The position numbers were made by a program, and so were the translations under genes. A stretch of DNA of 64,000 nucleotides from an uncultured delta proteobacterium (GTDB lineage Bacteria; Desulfobacterota; Desulfuromonadia; Desulfuromonadales; JACZKF01): positions 1 to 64,000 of the forward strand of contig CAWFKQ010000005.1 in the NCBI GenBank assembly GCA_963816395.1. Direction: 5' to 3'. Under the pieces are notes generated by a model. The model saw only the letters and a program-made list of their open reading frames with translations, was not told where the DNA came from and made no database searches. Positions 51,111 through 60,851 of the stretch are shown piece by piece. Every line of letters starts with the position of its first letter. The stretch's first letter is position 1.

Positions 51111-52112
51111 ATGGACGAACTGCTCGATTTTTACCCAGAGTATGACATCGACCAGGAAAATACCGAAGGACCGGCCGACGACCTCGGCGAATTCCCCGAA
51201 CCCGATGCTTTGGCGGAGGAGGCCGAGGAAGAAGAAGAGGAGCAGGAGGCCGATTACGATGATCACTCCGATGATGCCATCAAGCTGTACCTTAAGGAAA
51301 TCCAGAAGACAACTCTGTTGACCGCAGAGGATGAGCGGGAGTTGGCGCGGCGGATTGCCGCCGGAGATCTGTCCGCCCGTGATAGGATGATCGAATCGAA
51401 TTTGCGCCTCGTCGTGAAAATTGCCAAACGCTACATGAATCGCGGCTTACCTTTTCTCGACCTCATTGAGGAAGGCAATATGGGGCTGATTAAAGCCGTG
51501 GAAAGGTTCAAGCTCAGCAAGGAATGCCGGTTTTCAACCTATGCAACATGGTGGATCCGGCAATCGATCGAGCGCGCCCTGGTCAATCAGAGCCGTACCA
51601 TCCGGCTGCCGGTTCACGTTTCCGATGACATCAACAAATTCATAAAGATCAGCCGCGAACTGGTACACAAGGTCAATCGTGAGCCGCAGGTGAAAGAGGT
51701 TGCCGATGCGATGGGCGTCGATTCCAGCTATATTCGGCGGCTGATGGTGCTGGTCAAGAAGACCTATTCCATCGAGCACCCCATGGGTGAAAATAACGAC
51801 TATAGCCTGATCGATACCATTGAAGACACCAATTCCGTTGATCCGTCAGCGCTGGTCGAGGATCTGGACAAGTTTGATCAGGTGGCCGAATGGTTGACAA
51901 CCCTCAGTGCTAATGAACGGGAGATTCTGACGCTGCGCTTCGGCCTGGATGACCGTGAGCCGCAGACTCTGGACACCATCGGACAACGTTTCGGGGTCAC
52001 CCGGGAGAGAATCCGGCAGATCGAGGCCAAGAGCCTGGAGAAGCTGCGTACCATAATGGAGGACAGGGATCCTTCGGTGCGGGCGCTGCGGGAAGAGGGA
52101 CGACAAAAATAA
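51111..52112 (+). CDS. rpoS: RNA polymerase sigma factor RpoS
   Basis: MIESNLRLVVKIA, FSTYATWWIRQSIERAL.NQ.RTIRLP, TRERIRQIE, nlpD synteny. Confidence 0.9.
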   Translation: MDELLDFYPEYDIDQENTEGPADDLGEFPEPDALAEEAEEEEEEQEADYDDHSDDAIKLYLKEIQKTTLLTAEDERELARRIAAGDLSARDRMIESNLRLVVKIAKRYMNRGLPFLDLIEEGNMGLIKAVERFKLSKECRFSTYATWWIRQSIERALVNQSRTIRLPVHVSDDINKFIKISRELVHKVNREPQVKEVADAMGVDSSYIRRLMVLVKKTYSIEHPMGENNDYSLIDTIEDTNSVDPSALVEDLDKFDQVAEWLTTLSANEREILTLRFGLDDREPQTLDTIGQRFGVTRERIRQIEAKSLEKLRTIMEDRDPSVRALREEGRQK

Positions 52113-52149
52113 CCATCTGAACGCATAAGTCGAATCGAGGACGTGGCCT

Positions 52150-52665
52150 GTGGAAGAGTTGAAGAATATCATTCGGGATATCCCCGATTTTCCCAAGAAG
52201 GGGATCGTTTTTAAAGATATAACCACCTTGCTCGCTGACGGCAGGAGTTTTCACCGCATGATCGACCTGATCGCCCACCGTTATCTGGGGAGGGGGATCG
52301 ATCAGGTGGTCGGAGTGGAGGCACGCGGCTTCATTCTCGGCTCGGCCCTGGCTTATAAACTCGGGATTGGGGTGACCCTGGTGCGAAAACCGGGGAAACT
52401 CCCCTACAAAACGCGCCGCAAGACTTATGAACTCGAATATGGTTCCGATACCCTGGAAATCCATGAAGACGCATTTCGTCCCGGTAACCGGGTCATTATC
52501 GCCGACGATCTGCTTGCCACCGGGGGCACAATGGCAGCGGTAGTCGACCTGGTGCAGGAACTTGGCGCCGAAATCGTCGAGTGTGCCTTTCTGGCCGAAC
52601 TTGGATTCCTGAATGGGCGTCGGAAATTGCCGGAGGGGAAGGTTTTCAGCCTGCTCAAGTTCTAA
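52150..52665 (+). CDS. apt: Adenine phosphoribosyltransferase
   Basis: [32 protein letters not shown]. Confidence 0.96.
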   Translation: MEELKNIIRDIPDFPKKGIVFKDITTLLADGRSFHRMIDLIAHRYLGRGIDQVVGVEARGFILGSALAYKLGIGVTLVRKPGKLPYKTRRKTYELEYGSDTLEIHEDAFRPGNRVIIADDLLATGGTMAAVVDLVQELGAEIVECAFLAELGFLNGRRKLPEGKVFSLLKF

Positions 52666-52725
52666 GCAGTCGCGGGTCTTTCCACTTGCATTCGTTGCAC
52701 CTGCGGGTTATAAAAGGTGCCTTCC

Positions 52726-52802
52726 GGCCCCGTAGCTCAGTAGGATAGAGCAACCGCCTCCTAAGCGGTAGGCCGTGCGTTCGAATCGCGCCGGGGCCGC
52801 CA
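52726..52802 (+). tRNA. tRNA-Arg (CCT)
   Basis: GGCCCCG/CGGGGCC acceptor stem, ACCGC-CTCCTAA-GCGGT anticodon arm, GTTCGAATC, encoded CCA. Confidence 0.97.
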
Positions 52803-52807
52803 AAATG

Positions 52808-52843
52808 AAAAGGGACTTGGGTCGTTTGGCCCGAGTCCCTTTT
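52808..52843. terminator. Bidirectional terminator
   Basis: AAAAGGGACTTGGG...CCCGAGTCCCTTTT between the tRNA and a convergent gene. Confidence 0.85.
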
Positions 52844-52863
52844 CCATACCGGTAGGAGTCAGT

Positions 52864-53329
52864 TCATTCAGCTTTCGTGAGGTGCTTTTCCACCATCGCG
52901 TAAAGTTCATCCTTGTGGATGGGTTTCGAAAGATAATCATCCATGCCTGCTTCCATGCAGAGTTGCCGGTCTTCCGGGCGGCTCCAGGCAGTCAGTGCGA
53001 TGATCGGGATACGTCTTCTGCCATTCTCCAGTTCCATGCGGCGGATAATCCGAGTTGCCTCCAGGCCGTTAAGTTTTGGCATCTGGAGATCCATAAAGAT
53101 CAGATCGATGCTCTCGTTCTCCCAGCGGCAAATGGCGTCGGCGGCATTATCCACGGCTTGGATTTGCCAGCCCTTGAGAGACAAGGATCCTTTCAAATAC
53201 GGTCAGAATGGGGATTTCATCTTCCACCAGCAGTATGCGAATATTCTCCTCCAGGTCTTCAACTTGATCAGACCTGGCCTTCGCGTCTGTATCCGGCGGG
53301 TTCAGTTCAGGTGCAAGATGGAAATTCAT
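52864..53329 (-). CDS. Single-domain response regulator (frameshift about 53180)
   Basis: IRILLVEDE in one frame continues as IFMDLQMP.LNG...IIALTA...DYLSKP in another. Confidence 0.8.
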
Positions 53330-53428
53330 ATCCTTCTCTGATGGGGACAGGCTGACATTCCTGGGCAGGCACGGGCGGTGTATTCTTCCGAAGAGGACAA
53401 CGGAAATCGATTTTATTGGAGGAATGCG

Positions 53429-53650
53429 TCAGTTCAGCCGACCGGGTCGCACGCCTTTCTCGGTCTGCAACAAGGCATAGAGGGAGCTTTTCCCCTCGAT
53501 GAGAGAGACGATTTTCCCCCTCACCAGTTCCAGGGGCCGTTTAAAGGAATCATGGAGCAGAAACTCCCCTTCCTGTCCGACATGGAAACCTTCCCTGGCG
53601 GTGTGATACCTCATAAGGTTTCCTGCCGTCTCCTGATCGGATGTATTCAT
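53429..53650 (-). CDS. Hypothetical protein (73 aa)
   Basis: Isolated ORF with a GAGGGG RBS and no recognised motif. Confidence 0.5.
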   Translation of the reverse strand: MNTSDQETAGNLMRYHTAREGFHVGQEGEFLLHDSFKRPLELVRGKIVSLIEGKSSLYALLQTEKGVRPGRLN

Positions 53651-53896
53651 TTATTCATCCCCTCTGCCCGGAATATCAGGGGCGCTTGCCCCCAAATAAT
53701 TTTATCAAGCGCCACCCGTGGGTCGATTTTTCCTGAGCCTTAATTGTTTCAAATATTTTTCTTTTTGCAACTGCAGGAACAAAAAAAACCGTATGAAAGG
53801 CCTCCAACGGAGATGAATAGAAGGGCAATTTGACTAATTCCACAGAATTGCTGGTAAAATGTACTAAAATTCCAGGCAAGGCGGAGATTCGGGCGC

Positions 53897-54694
53897 ATGC
53901 GATTTATATTGAATTTGCTGGAAAAAATAGGCGAACAGACGATTTACTATATTACCCAGGCCGGAAGAATGGGGATTTTTCTGGTGTCCTGTCTGGCGCG
54001 GTTAGTCAGTCCCCCGTACAAGGTTTCCCCGATCATCAGCCAGATTAATTTTATTGGGGCCAGGTCCTTTTTTGTCATCCTGTTCACCGGTGCTTTTACT
54101 GGTATGGTCCTTGGCCTGCAGGGATATTATACGCTGCGTAAATTCGGCTCTGAGAGTCTCCTTGGCTCCGCCGTCGCCCTCAGTCTGGTGCGGGAACTTG
54201 GTCCGGTAGTTGCTGCCCTGATGGTCATCGGGCGGGCCGGTTCGGCGATTTGTGCAGAAATCGGCATCATGCGCAACTTGGAGCAGATCGACGCCCTCGA
54301 ATGCATGGCGATAGATCCCTATCGATATCTGATCGTGCCGAAATTGGCCGCCGGCGTCATCGCCATGCCGTTGCTGACGTCCATCTTCGATATGGTTGGC
54401 ATTCTCGGCGGCTATCTGGTCGGGGTAGTGCTGCTCGGGGTCAACCAGGGGCTCTATTTTCAGTCGATGTATGACAGTGTGGTATGGCGGGATGTCGAAA
54501 TGGGGGTTATCAAGTCCTTGGTATTTGGGCTCATTATCGTCTGGATTGCGGCCGCAAAAGGTTACTTTCTGCACTTGGAGCGCTCGGGCGGGTTCGGCGC
54601 CGTAGGCGTAAGCCGGCAGACGACCAGTGCGGTAGTTCTTTCATCAGTAACGGTGCTGGTTTGGGATTACCTGATTACTTCCATAATGCTCTGA
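53897..54694 (+). CDS. mlaE: Mla ABC permease
   Basis: FTGMVLGLQG, RELGPV..AL...GRAGS..AEIG.M...EQIDAL. Confidence 0.95.
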   Translation: MRFILNLLEKIGEQTIYYITQAGRMGIFLVSCLARLVSPPYKVSPIISQINFIGARSFFVILFTGAFTGMVLGLQGYYTLRKFGSESLLGSAVALSLVRELGPVVAALMVIGRAGSAICAEIGIMRNLEQIDALECMAIDPYRYLIVPKLAAGVIAMPLLTSIFDMVGILGGYLVGVVLLGVNQGLYFQSMYDSVVWRDVEMGVIKSLVFGLIIVWIAAAKGYFLHLERSGGFGAVGVSRQTTSAVVLSSVTVLVWDYLITSIML

Positions 54695-54733
54695 TATTGT
54701 CCCGGGCTGGACCGGGTCTGGACTCGAGGCGTA

Positions 54734-55525
54734 ATGAGCGGAGAAAGCAAGACAGCCATTCAATTGATCGACGTGGAAAAATCGTTTGGGCCGCAGAAGG
54801 TCCTGCGGGGAATCAATCTCTCCGTCGCCGAAGGGACTACCACGGTCATCGTGGGGGCAAGCGGGCAGGGAAAGAGTGTTATCCTGAAGCATATGCTCGG
54901 CCTGATCCGCCCTGATCGTGGCCAAGTGCTGGTGTTCGGTCGCGATATGGCAAGAATCGGCGGCAGGGAGATGAAGAAGGTCCGCACCAATTTCGGGGTG
55001 CTGTTTCAAAACTCGGCCCTGCTGGACTCCATGACTGTGTTCGATAATGTGGCCCTGCCTCTGCGCGAACGCACAAAAGCTTCGGAGAAGGAGATCCGGG
55101 ACAATGTCGAAGAGAAACTGGGGTTGATGGACCTGGTAGGTTCGGAATCCAAATATCCGGCGCAACTTAGCGGTGGCATGCAGAAGCGGGTGGGGCTGGC
55201 GCGGGCACTGGTGTTGAATCCCAGGGTGGTTTTTTTCGACGAACCCACCACCGGTCTGGATGTACGGAAAAGCAATGAAATTTATCGTCTCTTCCATAAG
55301 ACGCAGGCACAGTTCAAGTACACTGCGGTGATCGTCAGCCATGATGTGCCGAAAATTTTCAAGCTCGCCGATTACGTAGCGTTGCTTGCAGACGGTATCA
55401 TTCAAGGGTCCATGACGCCCGAGGAGTTCCAACTCTCCAGCAACCCTTTGATCAAGGCCTTTGTCGTGGAGACGATGGGCCCCATTTATTCCAGTGAAGG
55501 GGAGGAACTGAGTGAAACGTTTTAA
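54734..55525 (+). CDS. mlaF: Mla ABC ATPase
   Basis: G.SGQGKS, LFQ..AL.DS.TV, LSGGMQKRVGLARA, DEPTTGLD. Confidence 0.93.
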   Translation: MSGESKTAIQLIDVEKSFGPQKVLRGINLSVAEGTTTVIVGASGQGKSVILKHMLGLIRPDRGQVLVFGRDMARIGGREMKKVRTNFGVLFQNSALLDSMTVFDNVALPLRERTKASEKEIRDNVEEKLGLMDLVGSESKYPAQLSGGMQKRVGLARALVLNPRVVFFDEPTTGLDVRKSNEIYRLFHKTQAQFKYTAVIVSHDVPKIFKLADYVALLADGIIQGSMTPEEFQLSSNPLIKAFVVETMGPIYSSEGEELSETF

Positions 55526-55959
55526 CATAGAAATCGCGGTGGGCATTTTTCTCATCATCGGCTTTATTTGCTTTGCCTGGCTGGCTGTGCGACTTGGCAA
55601 CATCAGTTTTTTCGGCGAGCAGAAGTATCAGCTTAACGCGCGCTTCGGCTCGGTGGCAGGGCTGAAGCCGGGAGCCTCCGTGGAAATCGCCGGTGTTCAG
55701 GTAGGGACAGGTCAGCGCCATCACCCTCGACCAGGAATATTATGAGGCGGTGGTCCATATGCAGGTCGAGGGTGGCGTCCACATCCAGAAAGACGCCATC
55801 GCCTCCATTCGCACCACCGGCATAATCGGAGAAAAATTTGTCAGCATCTCCCCCGGCGGCTCACCAGAAGACCTCAAGGCGGGGGGAACGATCACCGAAA
55901 CCGAGTCGGCCATTAGCCTGGAAGAGTTGATCAGCAAATACATTTTCCAGGGTAAATAA
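55512..55959 (+). CDS. mlaD: MCE-domain protein MlaD (frameshift about 55710)
   Basis: N-terminal TM, F..V.GLK.GA.V.IAGV.VG, then A.IRT.GIIGEKFV, TESA..LEELI. Confidence 0.9.
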
Positions 55960-55971
55960 GGGAGATTTCCC

Positions 55972-56727
55972 ATGCCAAAATCCGCATTGTTGGTAGCATT
56001 CCTCATGTTGAATCTCGCTTCTCCGCTGGCCGCCCAGACTGCGCCCGAAGAAAAGCAAGGCAATGCGGTCAGCAGCGGCGAGTTTACCGAATTCAAGGAT
56101 GTCTTCGCCGAGAAGGGGGCGGCCGGCCAGGTCTCGGATCCTCTTGAGCCAGTCAACCGGGCCATGTTCTGGGTGAACGACAAGCTCTACTTCTATGCGC
56201 TTAAGCCCGCAGCGCGCGCCTACAGGGTCGTTCCGGAATCCTTCCGTCAGTCGGTTGACAATTTTTTCGTCAACCTGGGAACGCCGGTGCGTTTCGTCAA
56301 CTGCTTGCTGCAGCTCAAATTCCGGGCGGCGGGAAATGAACTGCGACGTTTTCTCGTCAACAGCACACTGGGGGTGGGGGGATTTCTCGACCCTGCCGGG
56401 CGTAGCGGCTGGGAAATGACAGATGAGGATCTCGGCCAGACCCTGGGCAAATATGGAATCGGCTCCGGCATTTATCTGGTTCTTCCGGTATTCGGGCCGG
56501 CCAACCTGCGCGACGGAGTCGGCCGGGTGGGCGATTATTTCCTCGATCCCATTCCTTATGCAATTGACAATACCGGAGAGCTCATGGCCGTGAAGGGGTA
56601 TGATCGCGTCAATGTGTTTTCCCTGGATAATGACACCTATGAGAAAATCAAGGAACAGGCCCTCGATCCCTACCTGTTCATCCGCGATGCTTATGCCCAG
56701 CGTCGCGAGGCGCTTATCAGAAAGTAA
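55972..56727 (+). CDS. mlaA: MlaA/VacJ family protein
   Basis: DPLEPVNRAMF.VND, NFF.NL, RF..NST.G.GG..D, EDLGQTLG, YLVLP..GP...RD, DPY...RDAY.Q.R. Confidence 0.92.
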   Translation: MPKSALLVAFLMLNLASPLAAQTAPEEKQGNAVSSGEFTEFKDVFAEKGAAGQVSDPLEPVNRAMFWVNDKLYFYALKPAARAYRVVPESFRQSVDNFFVNLGTPVRFVNCLLQLKFRAAGNELRRFLVNSTLGVGGFLDPAGRSGWEMTDEDLGQTLGKYGIGSGIYLVLPVFGPANLRDGVGRVGDYFLDPIPYAIDNTGELMAVKGYDRVNVFSLDNDTYEKIKEQALDPYLFIRDAYAQRREALIRK

Positions 56728-56757
56728 TGCAGGCGCTTCGTCTGCCGGAGGAAAAAG

Positions 56758-57399
56758 ATGCATTTAAAAAAGATACCCGCACTTCTCCTGATCCTCATTT
56801 TAGCTACCGCAGGGACGGCCGCGGCAGTCTCGTCACCCACCCAGGAACTGCGCAACGGGGTTGAAAAGATCCTTGATCTGCTCAAGGATAAAAATCTGGC
56901 GCCGGAAGTACGGAACCAGAAAATAGAAGACATCGTCCGCAAGCGGTTCGACTTTAACGTAATGTCCCAGTGGATTCTGGGTATCTACTGGCGAAAGGCG
57001 TCTCCCCAGGAAAGAGACAAGTTCAAAGACCTGTTCAAGCAGCTTCTTGAAGCCACCTATAAAGGGCGGATCGGAGAGTATGCCGAGCAGTATAGCAACG
57101 AACATGTCGAGTACGCCGGGGAGAGGATCGTTGAGGACCGGGCACTGGTGGATACATTCGTAGTGACCAAGGATAAGAAGATTCCGATCAGCTATAAGAT
57201 GATCAAGCAAGGCGACGAATGGAAAATATATGACGTGGTCATCGAGGAAGTCAGTCTGGTTCTCAACTACCGCAACACTTATCAGGAAATCGTCCGCAAG
57301 GAGGGGTTGCAGGCGCTGTTTAAGAGAATGGAGGAGAAGATTGCCGAAATCCACTCCGGCAAAGCTCCGCCCGAAAGCGCCGCGCCGGTAAGCAAATGA
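56758..57399 (+). CDS. mlaC: Periplasmic phospholipid shuttle MlaC
   Basis: FDF..MS...LG..W, WKIYDVVIE.VSL..NYR..Y. Confidence 0.92.
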   Translation: MHLKKIPALLLILILATAGTAAAVSSPTQELRNGVEKILDLLKDKNLAPEVRNQKIEDIVRKRFDFNVMSQWILGIYWRKASPQERDKFKDLFKQLLEATYKGRIGEYAEQYSNEHVEYAGERIVEDRALVDTFVVTKDKKIPISYKMIKQGDEWKIYDVVIEEVSLVLNYRNTYQEIVRKEGLQALFKRMEEKIAEIHSGKAPPESAAPVSK

Positions 57400-57864
57400 A
57401 AGAAACCACGCACGAGGTTTGCCTGCGCCTGTTGCATGAGCTGACATCTTTCCGTTTTCTTGGGGAGGAGGATATCGATCTTCTCGCCCCCTTTTTTCAG
57501 TGCCGCCAAATCCAGGCAGGAGAGACTTTGTGGCGTGAAGGGGAATCCTGCGATTTCCTGGTCTTCATCATTGATGGGCGCATCAGTGTCGAAAAAGAGA
57601 CGGAATTCGAAGGAAAGCAGATTATTGTCGGCGTTTATGGAAAGGGAACGATCGCCGGCGAGCCCTGTCTTCTCGACCATAAGCCGCGGCCATCTGACGG
57701 CGGTCGCTCTGGAAGATTCCAGCCTGCTCCTCCTCAGCCGGGAAAATTTCGAATGCCTGCTGAGGGATAACCCCACACTCGGGGTCAAACTCCTCAAGGG
57801 AATGCTCTTGACCGTCTCAACCCGCCTGCGGAAAGCGTTCGATCGGATCGCTGCAATTTTTTGA
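57396..57864 (+). CDS. Stand-alone cyclic-nucleotide-binding domain protein (frameshift about 57690)
   Basis: GETLWREGE, I.DG.I.V.K, GE...LD..PR, then TAVALEDS.LL.LSRE.F in the next frame. No HTH. Confidence 0.82.
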
Positions 57865-58092
57865 CAAAAACCCTTGTTGTTCGCAGAAAAAGAGATATAA
57901 AAATCAGATGGTTTTAAAGCAAAAGCTTGCAAAATGCTTCATCAAAGGTATCGCAAGTAATTAATTACTAACAACAATTCACCGGTTGTAAAATTCTCCG
58001 GGGTTTGTTAAGGTTGCCCGGTCGTTTTCCGGACCAAGATTCTGCTGGCTCTTTGGCACCTTTCCGGATCGGCGACAGGAGGTACACTGGCA

Positions 58093-58909
58093 ATGAAAAT
58101 TATCGTTCTGGTCTCGATCTTTACCTTTTTGTCCGTAACAGTCTGTTTTGCCGAGCATCCGATCCGTGATAACGGGGGCATTAAGGCCGGTAAGGCGGGG
58201 GAAGGGGATTTTACTGAATTTCATGATCCCTTCGACCAATCTTCTGCCGAAACCTTAGAAGATCCCCTGGAGCCGCTGAACCGGGCTTTCTTCTGGCTCA
58301 ACGACAAACTGTACACAGGGGTGCTGGCACCGCTTTGCCGGGCCGTTCCGCCGGAACTGCGAAATGCTGTGGCCGCGGTTTACGGTTCCCTGGACAAGCC
58401 ATTGCGCATCGGGGGGACGGAATTCAAATTCGCATTTCGCGATGGCGGCAGCGAAATCGGCCGCTTTCTGGTGCATAGTCTCGTTGACCTGTTCCACCAG
58501 GGACAACCGGATAACCAGACTGACAAGGGGGAATTCGCCCGGACTCTTGACACTCTGGGCATCGGTTCCGGCTTCTACCTTGTGCTGCCGGTCTTCGGGC
58601 CTTCAGATCTGCGGGACGGCCTCTTGCGTTTGACCGGGTTTTATTATGATCCCACAACCTGTCTTGGAACGGTAGCCGGCACACGGGCAGAAATCGGCAG
58701 AGAAATCCCTGCTCGGGGAGTTGACCCTCTATGAAAACATCCGCCGTCATAGCCTCGATCCCTACCTTTTCTTTCGCAATGCTTATGCTCAGCAACTCGT
58801 TGGGGAAGGGAAGAAGTCCTTTTTCTCTCTGGCTTCTCCCCTTTCCCCCCCGTCAGGGGAGGGGATGAAATACAGCCTGGTCTGCTCTCGCTGGACTCCC
58901 CTGCCTTAG
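58093..58909 (+). CDS. Second, divergent MlaA/VacJ-like protein (frameshift near 58700)
   Basis: DPLEPLNRAFFWLND, GSGFYLVLPVFGP..LRD, then YE.IR..SLDPYLFFRNAYAQ in the next frame. Confidence 0.7.
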
Positions 58910-58943
58910 GTAATCCCGGTCGCCGACCCAGGCGACCGGATGT

Positions 58944-59318
58944 CTATTCATGCCCATTTGCCGCCACCATGTAGGCAATCGCCAGGGCGACTTCCTCCGC
59001 CGTCAGCGCGGCAGCGCCTCCCTTCGGTGGCATATAGCCGCTGTCCCCCCGATAACCGTTCACCGCATGGCTGATCAGCCGGGGCATTCCCCGTTGCGCT
59101 CGCGTATGCCAGGCCTCGGCATCATCGATACGCGGTGCGCCGCCTTGGCCATTGCTGTGGCACTCGCGGCAGAACAGGTCATAAATTTTTTCTCCCTGGT
59201 CGAGTTGGTTGCGAGTAACGGCAAATCCCTCAGCGATGAGGATTTTCTTTTCGCTGAAGACCGCCAGGAAAACCAGCATGACAAGGGATACTAACAGCCC
59301 GAAATCCTTTCTCTTCAT
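58944..59318 (-). CDS. Monoheme cytochrome c5
   Basis: GEKIY...CRECH..G.GGAP, W..R, MPPKGG. GGAGGTG RBS. Confidence 0.9.
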   Translation of the reverse strand: MKRKDFGLLVSLVMLVFLAVFSEKKILIAEGFAVTRNQLDQGEKIYDLFCRECHSNGQGGAPRIDDAEAWHTRAQRGMPRLISHAVNGYRGDSGYMPPKGGAAALTAEEVALAIAYMVAANGHE

Positions 59319-59395
59319 GGCACCTCCCTGGTATGTGAATGGGTCAGGAGGTCATCAGGGGCAGGGCTCTACCCATCGGCAATCAGAATTGGCAG

Positions 59396-59429
59396 AAAAA
59401 AAGCCACATGCGGCCCCTGGTGATGCGGC
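59396..59429 (-). terminator. Probable intrinsic terminator
   Basis: Minus strand GCCGCAT...ATGTGGC followed by T7. Confidence 0.55.
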
Positions 59430-59550
59430 CCTTGTCGGTGCATCTGGATGTTCGATTACCGCATTTCCTTGGTGGCCAAGGAGGTTTTCAGTCTGTTTTA
59501 CCTAATTGCGGTGCAGTGGATTCCAGCCTGGGCCGTTTTCCCGTCCAGGT

Positions 59551-59856
59551 TCAGTCGACGTCATAAAAGGCGGTTACCGGTTCTTTTCTGGCATAGCCAG
59601 CCAGTTGGCTGGTGATTTCTTTGCCGGCGGAACTGGCCAGGTAAGCCCGGGCGTTCTCCAGGGTATCGAATCCGACCAGTATCTGGAGGTCCTCTTCCCG
59701 GACCAGCATATCCATCGACACCGCGCCTGCAACCCTTTCGAGAAAACGCTGCCGGTTGGGCAGGTATACCTTGGTGATCGCCTCCTCCCGTTTAGTCTGA
59801 GGGATCTGTAACGTCATCTGCAGGTAGGCTCTGACCGCCGGTTGTATTTGCCGCAT
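59551..59856 (-). CDS. Hypothetical protein, possible dimeric alpha/beta-barrel fold
   Basis: GAGGAGG RBS; pattern FDTLENARAYLAS typical of ferredoxin-like barrels. Confidence 0.6.
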   Translation of the reverse strand: MRQIQPAVRAYLQMTLQIPQTKREEAITKVYLPNRQRFLERVAGAVSMDMLVREEDLQILVGFDTLENARAYLASSAGKEITSQLAGYARKEPVTAFYDVD

Positions 59857-60082
59857 TGCGGCCTCCTCTGCTCGGGGTCTGTTGCGGTGCCGGGGCGGAA
59901 TAATCGTCCGTCCGGTAATCCAAAGCTAACATCCTGGTAGGCACTGTCAATCTTCGGCGCCTCCTTCGAGAGGGTTGTTATCGGAGAAAAAAAGGTATAG
60001 GATCTTTAATAAAAGCTCTAAAGAAAGCCGCTAAGGCCCTTGGCCGTTCCCACCTTTTGTATTGTAATTCAGAGGCCCACGC

Positions 60083-60784
60083 ATGTTCCTGGAAGTGAAT
60101 CTGTTCGGCAGTTATGAGCTTGCGGTTCTGATCAAGATCATTCTGGCCGCCCTTGCCGGGGGCATTATCGGCCTGGAGCGGGAAAAACACGGCCGGCCGG
60201 CCGGCCTGCGCACGCATCTGCTGGTAGCGGTGGGGTCCTGTCTGATGATGATTGTGTCCGAAGGTTTTATCCTGAAGTACGGCGGGATGCCAGGGACATC
60301 GACGATCCGCCTCGACCCGGCCCGAGTGGCCGCTCAGATAGTAACCGGCATTGGTTTTCTTGGAGCCGGGGTGATCATCAAAGAGGGATTTTCCATCCGC
60401 GGACTTACCACCGCCGCATCCCTTTGGCTGGTCGCGGGGCTCGGCATGGCGTACGGCATGGGGCTGTTCGGACCTGGATCAATAGCTGCAGCGGTGGCAC
60501 TTTTCAGCCTGATTTTTCTCAAGCGCCTGGAACCGATCATGAACAAGGATCGCTACCTGCACCTGGCGGTGACTGCCACATTGGATTCCGACATCTATCC
60601 CCATCTGGAGCGCCTGTTCCAGGAACAACGGCTGCACATCTCCGATTTGGCTGCGACCACCGATCTGGAGAACAGGAAGGCCGAATACCACTTCGTCATT
60701 ACACAGCAACAGCGACGCATCGGCCGCGAGTTGACCGGCCAGATAGTCCGTCTGCCGGGAGTGCAGAAGATTCACTTCAAATAG
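60083..60784 (+). CDS. MgtC/SapB family membrane protein
   Basis: IGLERE...RPAGLRTH.LV..GS, R.AAQIVTGIGFLGAG, GLTTAA. Confidence 0.93.
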   Translation: MFLEVNLFGSYELAVLIKIILAALAGGIIGLEREKHGRPAGLRTHLLVAVGSCLMMIVSEGFILKYGGMPGTSTIRLDPARVAAQIVTGIGFLGAGVIIKEGFSIRGLTTAASLWLVAGLGMAYGMGLFGPGSIAAAVALFSLIFLKRLEPIMNKDRYLHLAVTATLDSDIYPHLERLFQEQRLHISDLAATTDLENRKAEYHFVITQQQRRIGRELTGQIVRLPGVQKIHFK

Positions 60785-60851
60785 CCGCTCTTCTCCAGGC
60801 GATCCGGTAATTATCAGAGATATCCGTGAAAGGCGGGCGCTGGCAGGTGGC

